From Felis catus (Eukaryota), in the NCBI RefSeq assembly GCF_018350175.1, contig NC_058368.1:99512001-99576000 (forward strand): DNA of 64,000 nucleotides, written 5' to 3'. Of the stretch, positions 50,950 through 64,000 are shown one piece after another (position 1 is the first letter of the stretch; each line of letters starts with the position of its first letter). The position numbers and the translations under genes are program-made. The notes beneath the pieces are model-generated. The model made no database searches, was not told the DNA's origin, and worked only from the letters and a program-made list of their open reading frames with translations.

Positions 50950-51560
50950 TGTAACTAAAGCATCTAAGACCGAAATTCCTATGAAAATTAGTTTAGGAGA
51001 AGTTTAGGAGAAAACATTAGAATTGATGAAGCATCAGGGAAAAAAATTCCAAGTGATAAAGCATATTCCGTGGGATTAATGCCTATAAAAGTAAGATTGG
51101 CCATCCATACAACCCTTCCACTCTGTATAATTTTTTCTCTTCTTGGTAACTTAAATAAAATCATGAGTACACTGTAGTTTCTATAAAGCTGGAGTTTCTC
51201 ACATGGTGTAATGTTTTTTGAAAACCTAGAGAAGCATCTTGTATAGTAGAATGACAGCCATATCACTGAGGGGTGTTGTATGTTACCAAGCTTGTGCAGC
51301 AAAATCATTGAATACCTTTGAATATCTGAAAATGATGAAGGGGCAGATCAATGTTTTGTTCAAGAACTTAAATTTCAAAGCAAGTCAAAGATGGTTTGAA
51401 AGATTTAGGAATTCCAAGTCTACATAATTTGTAAAAGCAGCTTCCACATTCTAGACCCCAAATCGGGCAACAAACTTGTATCACACGCCTAAATGATAGC
51501 TTCTGTAGGTGAGCATGAGCCTGAGCATAACACAAGCATCACATCAAAAAATTTAATAGA
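50950..51560 (+). mobile_element. Tigger/pogo transposase remnant
   Basis: CENP-B-type HTH motifs SDKAYSVGLMP and NFKASQRWFERFR (compare FKASxGWFxRF). Confidence 0.7.
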
Positions 51561-51872
51561 ATTGCAGCATCAAGTTACCAGGAAATAATCCTAAGTAATG
51601 TAAATATATATTCATCTTAAGTATGTCTTTGCTTTCTTTCTGATTATTTGTCTTCCTGTAGTTTTAAGAATGTCATTGTTCTGCCTCCTTATTTTGAGTC
51701 TTAAGTGCAAAAATAATTCTTTCTACCAGATCTCTGTATTTGGACATCAATGAATACTTAGTAATTGCTGCTTTTCTCACTACTTGAACAATATTCTTCT
51801 CACCTTCAATCAACACGAAAGACTAACCAAGAAAGTGTACTTAGGCAATGCTTTAATAGTACAAAAAATACT

Positions 51873-52200
51873 GGGCACCTGGGTTGCTCAGTCAGTTGAG
51901 GTTTTTTTTTTCCAGTATATGAAATTTATTGTCAAATTGGTTTCCATACAACACCCAGTGCTCATCCCAAAAGGTGCCCTCCTCAATACCCATTTCCACC
52001 CCCCCACCCCTTTTTACTTGGGGTCAGGTCATGATCTCATGGTTCATGAGTTCAAGACCCACCTCGGGCTCTGTGCTGACAGCTCAGAGCCTGAAACCTG
52101 CTTTGGATTCCGTGTGTGTGTGTCTGTCTTTCTCTGCCACTCCCCCTCTCATGCACTTTCTCTCTGTGTCTCTTAAAAATAAATAAATGTTGAAAAATTT
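51873..52200 (+). mobile_element. Can-SINE containing a short antisense L1 3' end (about 51903-52015)
   Basis: SINE head and body separated by a poly-T + felid L1 3'UTR; TSD aaaaatact. Confidence 0.9.
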
Positions 52201-52599
52201 ATAAAAATACTTGTTGATCACTGCATTTTTTAGTCATTTTACTTAAAAAGCAGTTTTTTTCCCATGTCACTTTAATACCATTTTGCTATTTATTTATAAT
52301 AATTCACTCAGTATTATTTCACTTGCACAAAAATATACACACCGATGAGTTCATTAAAAGTTAAATTAGATAACTGATATTAGGAAGGTTTTATATCATA
52401 CACAAGACAAAATGAAATTTTTATACAGGTATTTAAATTATATAAATGATATTTAGAAAAATTTGATGGATTTAATTAACAGGTGGGAAGTGAATTATTG
52501 TAGCATTTAAATAGATGGAATATAATTTTCTGCTATTTTGGAATTCATTTCAAAATATCCATCATAATTGGATCATCAGGGGTACTTTATTAAAACGAT

Positions 52600-53560
52600 G
52601 TTTGAATGTTTCCCAGAAAAGATAAAAGACTTAAAAATTTAGTTTCAGGAAATAAGGAAAGTCCTAAACAAGATCAATGGGAAGAAATCTACACCTGGAG
52701 ATGGGGTAGTAAAACTGAGGAATAAAAAATAAGGGAAAAATAGGTAAAAACATCAGCAGAATAGACAGATTATGGACATGGAAATTTAGGATAAATACCC
52801 TGATTTATTAAGAGTAATAAGACAGAAAAGAGTAAAATATCCTCATACTGCTTATAGAAAATAGCAGAAAAATTAGGAAAGAAAACCCTGGGTACCATTT
52901 CCACAATGAAAGCAAGTCGACTGTTAAAATGAGAAGCACTCTAGCAATTTATTAATAGGAGGTATGACTAGAGGTAGTTTAAATATTATGCTTCAGTGAG
53001 ATGAAAAATAATTCTGATCTGACACACATGAAAATAATTACTTAAATAAAGCCTGGCAGGTATGTAGTTAAATTTCAACAAATGATGACTGAAAATGTCT
53101 CCTTCAGTTGACTAAAATAATGAATCTGAAAGAATGGTAAAATCTAACAAATAAGAATGGAAGGGGTTAGTGTAATTAAAGTGCTTATAATTTCTTCTTC
53201 TTTTGGAAGAGGAGTGATAGTGATTTTTTTTACATTAATTTTTAAGTAGAGATTAAATTTTTAAGAGTATCCATTGGAATGTGAAGTTTTAAACTGTCAA
53301 TTCTATCCATATTAATCTATAATTTGAATGTAATCCCAATAGTGATTGGATCACAAGAATTAGAGTAGCCATGGGGCACCTGGGTGGCTCAATCTGTTAA
53401 GCATCTGACTTCAGCTTAGGTCATGATCTCACAGTTCATGGGTTCAAGCCCCACATCGGGCTCGCATTGGGCTCTCATCGGGCTCTGTGCTGACAGCTCA
53501 GATCCTGGTGCCTGCTTCGGATTCTGTCTCCCTCTCTCTGCCCCTCCCCCGCTCACATTA

Positions 53561-53605
<45 letters not shown>

Positions 53606-54100
53606 AATAAATAAACATTAAAAACAAAAATTTAGAATAGCTCCCAAAAATATTTGGAAGACTCATAAAGCCTGATTTCATATACTGTCATTATTAAGAC
53701 AGTGAGGTATTAGTATAATGTACATAAGTGGATAAAAAATAGACTCACACTGACATGGAAAATTTACTTTCAACAAAGGCACCAGAGAAATTCAGTGTGG
53801 AATGGAAAGCATTTTCAACCATGATGCTGGAATAATTGGATATCTGTATGAAAAATCATAAAACTCAGTCCCTACTTATATTTATACATGTGAACAAATT
53901 TGAGATAGATCATGGGAGAACACCTGGAGGTAGGCATAGATACCTTAGGACACAGAAATCACTAATAATTAAATGAAAATGGATAAATGAATGCATTAAC
54001 CCGAAAAACTTCTATTCATAAAATGCCTTTGCAAAAATCAGTTAGGCACTGGGAAAAGAAAGGCATGAGATGCTTTCTGTGGTGAAGAAAATATTTTTAT
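52600..54100 (+). mobile_element. Old L1 fragments
   Basis: Diverged ORF1/ORF2-like sequence. Confidence 0.6.
53373..53628 (+). mobile_element. Can-SINE with internal triplicated catcgggctc-like motif
   Basis: SINE consensus. Confidence 0.95.
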
Positions 54101-54439
54101 GGGGCTTGGATTATGTGGATGTAAACATTCTTGGAAACCCACGTTGTCGTGCAAATTACTTCTATACATTTTGTTTTACATAAATCCTGTGCCAGTGTAG
54201 GAGTAAGGTACATAAAGTGCTATTCATTTTATGATAATTTCTTTAAAAAATGTTCATCAAACAACACAAGCATAGGAAAAGAGAAGAAACACGTTAGAAA
54301 TAAAAAGGGTTGTATTCAGATTAAATAAAGACTATCCTAAGAGAAAACAACCAGTAAACTGAACGTAATACTTTTGCGAAGAGGATAACCCAATGGCAAA
54401 GAAGCCCATAAAAGAATATTCAACTTTATTATTATCATT

Positions 54440-57400
54440 AACTGTAATTGACATTGTTAATTGAGTTTCAGGTGTACAATGTATTCACCAATTCTATATC
54501 ATATTCGTTCTCATCATGATGAGTGTAGACACCATCTGTAACCACACAGTATCATTAATTATATTGTATACAATTTTCTTCCCCATGACTTATTTATTTT
54601 ATAACTGGAAGTTTGTATTTCTTAATCCCTTGTTCTGTTTCACCTATCCCATGGCCATCTTCCCTCTGGAAACCACCAGTTTGTTCTCTGTATTTAAAAG
54701 CCTGTTTCTTTGCCTCTTTTTTTTTAATGTTTATTTATTTTTGAGAGAGAGACAGAGTGTGAGTGTGGGAGAGGCAGAGAGAGAGGGGGACACAGAATTC
54801 AAAGCAGGCTCCAGGCTCTGGGCTGTCAGCACAGAGCCTGATGTGGGGCTCGAACCCACAACCAGGAGATAATGACCTGAGTCAAAGTCAGTTGCTTAAC
54901 TGACTGAGCTACCCAGGTGCCTCTCATTTTGTTTTTTTTAGATTCCACATGTAAGTGACATCATACGATAAATTGTATTTCTTTGCCTGACTTACTCAGC
55001 ATAATAGTCTCCAGGTCCATTCATGTTGCAAATGGCAAGATCTTATTCTTTTTTATGGCTGCATAATACTCCATTGTGTATGTATTTACCACCCCTTCTT
55101 TATCCATTCATCTGTCAACACATGCTTAGGTGGCTACTGTATCTTGGCTTTTGTACCTAAACATAAATGTAGGGGTGCATATATCTTTAGAATTGGTGTT
55201 TTTGTTTTCATTGAGTGAATACCCAGTAGGGGAATTACTGGACCAAATGGTATTTGTTTTTAATTTCAGTACATGTCCTTTTTTTTTCGTTGTTGATGAT
55301 TTGCTTCACTGTGCAAAATATTTTTATTTTGGTGTAGTCTCAGTAGTTTATTTTTGCTTTCATTTTCCTTGCCTAAGGAGACATGTCCATAAGGCAGGTT
55401 GCCAAGGTCAGTGTCCAAGAGATTACTGCCTGTGTTTTCTTTTAGAAGTTTCATGGTTTAGGTCCCACATTGAAAACTATAAACTGTTCTGTGGCACCTG
55501 GGTGGCTCAGTCGGTTAAGCATGTGACTTCAGCTCAGGTCGTGATCTCATGGCTCATGGGTTTGAGCCCCCCATGGGGCTCTGTGCCGACAGCTTGGAGC
55601 CTGTTTCAGATTCTTTGTCTCCATCTCTCTGCCCCTTCCCCACTTGACTCTGTCTATCTTTCTCTCAAAAATAAACATTAAAAAAATTTTAATCCAACTC
55701 TAAACTGTTTTGCATTTATTTCAGCGTATGGTGTAAGAAACTGGCCCAGATTCTTGTCTTACTTGTAGCTATCCAGTTTGCCCCAACATCATGTATTAAA
55801 GATGCTGTCTTTTCACCATTGGATATTCGTGCCTCCTTTGTAGTAGATTAATTGACCATATAAGTATGGGTTTATTTTTGAGTTCTCTATCTTGTTCTAT
55901 TACTCAGTGTTTCTATTTTTGTGCCATTAACATCCTTTTCTGATTACTATAACTTTGTAGTATATCTTGAAACTTGGGATTGTGTTAACTCCAGCTTTGT
56001 TCATTCTATAGATTGCTTCTGCTGTTTAGGGTCTTTTGTGGTTCCATACAAATTTTAGGATTATTTGTCATAGTTCTGTGAGAAATGCTATTGACATTTG
56101 GGTTGAGAGGGCAATGGCATCAGATCTGTAGATTGCTTTGGGTTGTATGGGCATTTTAACAACATTAATTCTTCCATTCCATGAACATGGTTTATCTTTT
56201 CAATTGTGTTTTCATCTTCAATTGCTTTCATCAGTGTTTTAAAGTTTTCAGATATAGGTTTTCCACCTCCTTGGTTAAGTTGATTTCTATTTTACTCTTT
56301 TTTATGTAATTATAAATGGGAGTATATTCTTTATTTCTCTTTGTGCTACCTCATTATTGAGTATACAGAAACACGACACATTCCTGCACATTAATTTTCT
56401 TTTACAACTTTACTAATTTATTTATAAGTTCTAATAGTTTTTCAGTAGAGTGTTTAGAAGGTTTATATATAGAATCATGTTCTCTACAAACAGTGACAGT
56501 TTTACCTCTTCCTTATCAATTCGGATGCTTTTTACTTATTTATTTTTGTCTGATTGCTATGGCTAAGACTTCTAGCACTATGTTGAATATAAGTGGTGAG
56601 AATGGACAACATTGTCTTGTTCCTGATTTTAGCAGAAATCTTTCAGTTTTTCACGATTCATTATGTTGTTAGCTGTGTCGTTTTCATAATGGTCTTTATT
56701 GTATTGAGGTATTTTCCCTCTAAACCTACTATGTTGAGTTTTTATTATGAAGGGATATTGTATTTTGCCAATGCTTTTTCTTCATCTGTTGAGATGATCA
56801 TGTTTTTTTATCCATCGTCTTGTGAATTTGATGTATCACATTGATTGGTTTTCATTTTAAGAACCACCTTTGCACCCTTGGAATAAATTGTACATGATTA
56901 TGGGGAGTGACTTTTTAAGTTTTTTTTTTTTTATAAAATATTGAGAGAGAGTGCAAACAGGAAACAATCAGCAAAACTAAAGGCAACCGACAGATTGGGA
57001 GAAGATTTGCAAATGACATATCAGATAAAGGGTTAGTATCCAAAATCTATAAAGATCTTATCAAACTGAACACCCAAAAAACAAATAATCCAGTGAAGAA
57101 ATGGGCAAAAGACATGAATAGACACTTCTCCAAAGCAGACATCCAGATGGCCAACTGACACATGAAAAAATGCCCAACTTCACTCATCATCAGGGAAATA
57201 CAAATCAGAACCACAATGACATACAACCTCACACCTGTCAGAAAGGGTAATATTAACAACTCAGGCAACAACAGATGTTGGCGAAGATGCGGGGAGAGAG
57301 GATCTCTTTTGCACTGCTGGCGGGAATGCAAACTGGTGCAGCCACTCTAGAAAACGGTACAGAGGTTCCTCAAAAAATTAAAAATAGAACTACCCTATGA

Positions 57401-57556
57401 CCTAGCAATTGCACTACCAGGCATTTATCCAGGGGATACAGGTGTGCTGTTTTCAAGGGACATATGCACCCCAATGTTTATAGCAGCACTATCAACAATA
57501 GCCAAAGTATGGAAAGAGCGCAAATGTCCATCGAAGGATGAGTAGATAAAGATGTG

Positions 57557-57608
<52 letters not shown>

Positions 57609-58180
57609 ATGGAGTGTTACTCAGCAATCAAAAAGAATAAAACCTTGCCATTTGCAACTACGTGTGGAACCAGAGGGTATTATACTAAGCAAAATTAGAG
57701 AAAGACAAATAACCTATGACTTCACTCATATGAGGACTTTAAGAGACAAAACAGATGAACATAAGGGAAGGGAAACAAAAATAATATAAAAACAGGGAGG
57801 GGGACAAACAGACTCATAAATATGGAGAACAAACTGAGGGTTACTGGAGGGATTGTGGGAGGGGGGATGGGCTAAATGGGTAAGGGGCACGAAGGAATCT
57901 ACTCCTGAAATATTGTCGCACTATATGCTAACTAATTTGGATGTAAATTTAAAAAAATAAAATTAAAAAAAAAAGTTGAACACTTAACCGAGTCACCCAG
58001 GCACCCTGGTGAATGATTTTTTTTAAGCGTATTGTTTATTTGGCTTGGTAGTATTTTGTTGTAAAATTTTGTGCCTATGTTCATCAGAGACATTGGCTTA
58101 TACTTGTCTTTTTTTTGTAGTGCTTTTTTGTGGCTTTATTATTAGGGTAATATTTGCCTTATAGAATGAATTTGGAAATT
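54440..58180 (-). mobile_element. Carnivore L1 hosting SINEs at 54716-54921 (-), 55493-55690 (+) and 56917-58006 (-)
   Basis: Continuous 3'UTR/ORF2 on minus around the insertions. Confidence 0.88.
56961..57973 (+). mobile_element. Younger felid L1 3' end (about 1 kb)
   Basis: [18 protein letters not shown] motif, 3'UTR, A-tail. Confidence 0.92.
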
Positions 58181-58649
58181 TTAAAGGGTATTTAGTCTAA
58201 TTAGTGATGAGGGAAATGGACAGTAAAACCAAATGAGGTGCCATTACATGCCTAGCAGATGCACAGTGTTTTTTGTGTGAATCTGACAAACTCATGTGTT
58301 GGTGAGGATTACAAGAGTAGGGTTTTTCAGAGTCTCCTTGTATGAGCATAATTTTGTTAAACCCCTTTGAAAAACAATTTCACATCATGTAGTATAGTTA
58401 AACATTTGCATATCCTAGTGCCTAGCAGTTCTAAACTTTAGAATATATTCTGCTGAAACTCTTGCACCAAGCACTGGAGATTTATGCAAGGAAATTTATA
58501 GCATTATTATTCTTAGCAGTGAAACACCCAGCCTAACCCAAATAGCTAACAATGGACTTGATAAACAGTGTTTTCAAACACTGGAATATCATGTCTGTGG
58601 TATTTAGCTTCCAGAGTTGAATGTTTTCTTTAATTAAAATTTCATGGTT

Positions 58650-59620
58650 TGAATGCTCTGAGCATAGCTTCTGGTTTTCCTCTTATCCCACAGTAACTGA
58701 CTGTCTTGTGAAGTTGTGTTGCCTGTTCTCAAAATGGTGGTGTCCATCAAAAAATTTTTTTTCACCTTCTTCCTATTCTTCACATTACTGATGGTTAATC
58801 TCATTCACACACAGAGCTCTGGCATTTCTGTGTTCTTAACTGCAAAACTGATATCTCTGCTGCACCTAGATTCCTACAGCATCACATCATTACGTCCTTT
58901 ACTTTATCATCTACGTGGACACTTGAAAGAATGAATCCAAAGCTACCCTTCTGGGCAGCAAGGACAAACCACAGCTGTTGAGGACAAACAGAGATGCATA
59001 TTATTCTACCAATATACCACTACTTTTTGATATTTCTATTTTAATGTCTCACAGCCACCCAGAATTTCCATGTCTTCTGATGAATTGATCATCTGTTGGC
59101 TCAAGCCTTTTTTTTTCCCCATTTTTTGGGATTTGTCTCCCAAGTCAGAAAATAGGAATCACCCTCACTTCCTTCTCTCTCTCTCTCTTCACATTACCTC
59201 AGTTGCTGAGTATTTATAGTATACTTTAAAAATAGCTCTTAAATATTTTTCATTCCTCTCCACCCCTACCCCTCTATGCTAACCAATTCCAATTTTCTTT
59301 CTCTCTTATATTCAAGCAGACCTATCAAATTCTTTTCTGCTCCTCATGTTGTAATCCAGGCCAGTCTCCATACTGCAGCAAGAGGTAACTTCTAAACACA
59401 AAATCTGTCCTGTTATTCCCTTTATTCATTGCCCTTTGACTTCTTTTATTATTAGATCACATAATACTTTCAGTTTTATGATGAAGTTTTAGAAGTCTTT
59501 TTATTCTCACTGCCAGGCTGTCTAGGGCTCACTGTCTCTGTGTCTCTGTCCCTCACCTCACATTCAGCATTAAAGCAGAATACAAATAACATAACTTACC
59601 ATGCCTCCATCATCTTTTTC
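58650..59620 (+). repeat. L2 fragments
   Basis: L2-like motifs (cccaagtcagaaa, ccatactgcagcaagag...aaacacaaaatctg). Confidence 0.55.
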
Positions 59621-60062
59621 TGACTTTTTAGTTTTCTCTTATGTTTCACAATATTTTGAGTGCAGTTAGGTTGGAAGATTCATGGATCGACACCTTTATT
59701 GTTTTTCTTAATTTGTCTCATACTTGAAGCAAAGCCAAGGCATACCCCAAGCCAAAGGCTTAGTACGTCTTGTTACGTTTTGCTTCATTTTATAATATTT
59801 GTTGATGTCCTCCAAATTCTTGCATTATGCTATACCTTACTCCTAGATATTTTCCTTGTTATTAAGATATAAAAATATTAATTTTATTCTCTGTTTTTTA
59901 CTGCACAATGAATGACAAATTGCTGTTTCAATCCAGGCTAATATATTTTATTTTTAATGTTACTAAATGTTATAATTAGAACAAATAACTGGTAGAGTGT
60001 TATTAGTGTTGAAGGTTCAAATTTATTTCAACTTCTGGCATTTTTTTTAAATACTTTTTTGA

Positions 60063-60465
60063 GGGGCGCCTGGGTGGCTCAGTCAGTTAAGCATCCGACT
60101 TCGGCTCAGGTCACGATCTTGCGGTCTGTGAGTTCGAGCCCCGCGTTGGGCTCTGTGCTGACTGCTCAGAGCCTGGAGCCTGTTTCAGATTCTGTGTCTC
60201 CCTCTCTCTCTGACCCTCCCCCGTTCATGCTCTGTCTCACTCTGTCTCAAAAATAAATAAACGTTAATAAATAAATAAATAAATAAATAAATAAAATACT
60301 TTTTTGAGAGAGAGAGAGGCAGAGAGGGAAAGGGAGAGAGACAATCTCAAGCAGGCTCCATACCTGTGCAGAGCCTGATGCAGGCTTGATTTCACAACCA
60401 TGAGATCATGACCTGAGCAGAAATCAAGGGTCAGAGGCTGAACTGACTGAACCACCTAGGCACCT
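60063..60465. mobile_element. Can-SINE (+, 60063-60292) inserted in the tail of an older Can-SINE (-, to 60465)
   Basis: TSD aaatacttttttgag flanks the plus copy. Confidence 0.9.
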
Positions 60466-60932
60466 CTCAACTTACAGCATTCTCAAAACAACTCTTGAGG
60501 TAGATGCTATTCCATATAAGAAAAAAAAAAAAAGTAGCACACAAATAGCCAATAGTAACTTCGTTTATATTTGGTGCGGAGAGTCACAAAGTGTGACATT
60601 CTAGAATATATAAGAGATGAATGATATAAATATGATATATGAACAGACTATTAAATATTGGTTATGGAGCAAATCTAGATAAAGAATTAATTACCTATAA
60701 TTAAAGCGTACTCAGTGAAACTAGGATTAAGTGATGGCAAAAATAAATGTGATTGATATGAAGGGGTGGTAAAAATGAAGGTAATAAAAATTCAAGTACA
60801 AAGTAGAAAAACATAATTTTGTGAGGATTCCTTCTAAAAGTCAGTATTGAAAAGCAATTTTCTTATTTTTAGTGGTGATCAACTGAATGAGGAAATTCAA
60901 GTATGAGGAAAATACCACTAGCATTAATTTCT

Positions 60933-61164
60933 TAAACTTCTTTAATTTTTAAAAATTTGTTTAATGTTTTATTTATTTTTGAGACAGAGAGAGACAGAGC
61001 GTGAGCAGGGGAGGGGCAGAGAGAGGGAGACACAGAATCAGAAGCAGGTTCCAGGCTCCGAGCTGTCAGCACAGAGCCCGACGCGGGGTTTGAATGCACA
61101 AACCAGGAGATCATGACCTGAGCCGAAGTCGGACACTTAACCGACTGAGCCACCCAGGCGCCCC
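60933..61164 (-). mobile_element. Can-SINE
   Basis: SINE consensus on minus. Confidence 0.95.
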
Positions 61165-61234
61165 TAATTAATTAAGCTTTATTATGGCATGATCTTCATT
61201 TAAAAGTACATCAATTTTAAGTGCACAATTGATA

Positions 61235-64000
61235 GGAGCTTGGGAAAATGGCAGAGTAGGTGGACCCTCAGCTTTCTCTCTCTCACATTGACAACTAGAT
61301 GTCATCCACACCCAAGTCAGTAAACCACAGGGGGATCCAAAGGCCAGCAGGATGATGCTCCATCTGGAAGGTTAGGAAGGCCAGAAAAGCAGAGAGGGGC
61401 TGCTTGAAGGAGGGAGAGAGCTTTCCAGTGAGATGGCAGAGAAACAAACCCTTGCACCAGGGAGCTCACATGGGGAAGAATAATCACTATAGGGATTATT
61501 GCATGGCTTTAAACCAGAGGCGCTGAATTCAGTGTGTTTACAAAACCAATGGTACTTGGAGGCTGGAGCTTTGGAGCTGACTCAGCACTGGATGGTCCCC
61601 AAGGACCAGTGGAAGCTGGGTCTCTGCCATTAAAGACGCAGCAGCCTGCACAGAGAGGCAACACAAAACTGGAAGCTTATACAATGCCAGGCAATTGGGA
61701 GCCATATATATTCATACAGATTTGGGACATGTCAGTGACTTTGAAAATGAGGGATCTGGCAGACGCCATTTTGCTCCCCTGCCCCCTAGCATAAACACAG
61801 TGCCACCTGTAGAAGGTAGCATTGCATGACCACTTGCTATCTAACTTTCTAGCAGTGCACCCACACACAAGTTCTTCAGAGAAGTTGCCCACTCTAAGTC
61901 TGCTTGCCTTGGCCCTGGGCTCAGAGAAAATTTTGTTAAAACCACACAGGTCCTGGCCAGCCACCTGGTGCACAGCAGAAAAAATATGGGACAAAGTACA
62001 ACATCCATTCATGATTGAAAAAAAAAAAAGGTTTTGAGGGAACACACCTCAACATAATAAAGATTATCTATGAAAATCCCATAGCTAACATCATCCTCAT
62101 TGGGGAAAAACTGAGAACTTTTCCCCTAAGATTAAAAATAAAACAAGGATTCCACCCTCAACACTTTTATTCTACATAGTACTGGAAATCCTAGCCACAA
62201 CAATCAGACAACAAAAGAAATGAAAGGCATCGATCCACATCAGCAAAGAAGTCAAAATGTCACTGTTTGCAGATGACGTGATACTATATATAGAAACTCT
62301 AAAGAGTCCACCAAAAACCCTACTAGAACTAATAAATGAATTCAGTAAAGTCGCAGGATACAAAATCAATGTACAGAAAACTGTTGCATTCCTATACACT
62401 AATAATGAAGCTGCAGAAAGAAATTAAGAAAACAATCTCATTTACAACTGCAACACAAATAATACGATACCTTGGAACAAACCTAACCAAAGGGTGAAAT
62501 ACCTGTACCCTGAAAACTATAAACACTGATGAAAGAAGTAGAACATGACACAAGAAATGAAAAGACATTCTGTGCTCATGGATTAGAAAAGAGATACTGT
62601 TCCCATGTGTGTATTATCAGAGCAATCTACAGATTTAAAGCAATCTCTAACAAAAGACCAGCAGCATTTTTCACATAACTCGAAGAAACAATTAGAAATT
62701 TTATATGGAACCAGAAAAGGCCCTAAAGAGATAAAGCAGTCTTGAAAAACAAAAGCTGGAGGCATCGCATTTCAAGACTTGAAGTTATATTACAAAGCTA
62801 CAGTCATCCATACACTGTGGTACCGGCCCAAAAACAAACACACAGATCAATAGAGTATAGTAGACAACTCACAGCTGTGTCATCAATTAATCTTTGACAA
62901 AGCAGGAAAGACTATCCAATGGGAAAAAGATAGGCTCTTGAATAAATAATGGGAAAACCAGATAGCAACATGCGAAACAAAGAAACTGGACCATTTTCTT
63001 ACATAAAAATAAATCCAAAAAGGCTTAAAGATCTAAATGTGGATCTGAAACCATAAACATCCTGCAGGAGAACACAGACTATAACCTCTTAAAAATCAGC
63101 CACAGCAATTTTTTTCTAGATATTTCTCCTGAGGCCTGGGAAACAATAGCAAAAATAAACTATTAGAGTTACATAAAAATAAGTGCATGGCAAAGGAAAC
63201 AGTCAACAAAACTGAGGGTCACCACATGGAGTGGGAGAAGGTATGACATATCTTATAAAGGGTTAGTATCCAAAATGATATCTATCCAGAATGAGATAAA
63301 GAACTTAGAATACTCACCACCCGAAAACCAAATAATCTAATTTAAAAATGGATAGAAGACATGAACAGATTATATCTATATCTATATAGATATAGATATA
63401 TATGTTATACACATATATTATATATATAGATATAGATATATATTATAGATATATATATATATCTATAATACAGGATATATTAGGTATATAATATACCTAA
63501 TATATCCTATAATATATTAGGTATACAATATACCTAATATATCCTATAGGATATATTAGGTATATAATATAGGTATATATTATATATATATATATATGTT
63601 ATACATATATATTATAGATATATATACATTATATATATTTTACATATATATTTATATATAAAATATATATATTTTTATATATAAATATATATATATATAT
63701 TTTAAAGAAGACCTACAGATGGCCAACAGACACATGAAAAGATGCTCATGATCAATGATCATCAGGGAAATACAATTCGAAACTACAATGAGATGTCACC
63801 TCACACCTGTCAGAATGGCTAAAATCAACAATACAAACAACAGGTGTTGGTGAGGATGTGGAGTAAGGGGAACCCTCATACAGTGTTGGTGGGAATGCAA
63901 ACCGGTACAGCCACTGTGGAAAACAGGATTGAGGTTCCTCAAGAAGTTAAAAATAGAACTACCCTAAGATTCAGCAATTGCACTACAGGGTATTTCTTCA
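61235..64000 (+). mobile_element. Carnivore L1 with 5'UTR joined directly to mid-ORF2; runs off the window
   Basis: aaaatggcagagtagg 5'UTR start; from about 61974 reads AEKIWDKVQHPFMI, later the LFADDV RT motif. Confidence 0.85.
63371..63702. repeat. AT-rich low-complexity tract with perfect palindromes, inside L1
   Basis: Visible (TA)n with inverted ATATTAGGTAT units. Confidence 0.95.

Noticed and set aside
50988..51308. 106-aa minus ORF
   Set aside because: Antisense to a Tigger transposase remnant.
55130..55681. Longest ORF, 183 aa
   Set aside because: Antisense L1 running into a SINE; no gene-like content.
1..64000. tRNA genes, CRISPR arrays, prokaryotic systems
   Set aside because: The tRNA-like A/B boxes are Can-SINE heads; there is no repeat-spacer array; the sequence is clearly mammalian.

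Overview
Repeat-dense, AT-rich mammalian genomic DNA from a feliform carnivore, probably a cat (felid-type Can-SINEs and L1 3' ends). There is no intact protein-coding gene: the ORF-track entries are SINE, L1 or microsatellite read-throughs, or pieces of decayed exons. Most of the window is about 35 Can-SINEs, many L1 fragments, L2/MIR, MLT1A-type and LTR16-like LTRs, a MER44/Tigger7 element and a Tigger transposase remnant. The main result comes from manually translating the short unique islands on the minus strand. They give about 20 exon remnants, mostly AG...GT-bounded (about 44.5 kb down to 6.0 kb, possibly 52.2 kb to 0.1 kb). In colinear order they encode a run of PKD (Ig-like) repeats and then the N-terminal REJ module of a polycystin-1-like protein. 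They carry many stops and frameshifts, and one exon is split by a MER44 element. I interpret this as an anciently inactivated, unprocessed (probably unitary) PKD1-paralog pseudogene. Homology calls were made by eye against remembered PKD1 motifs and need HMM/tBLASTn confirmation. Repeat boundaries and subfamily names are approximate.
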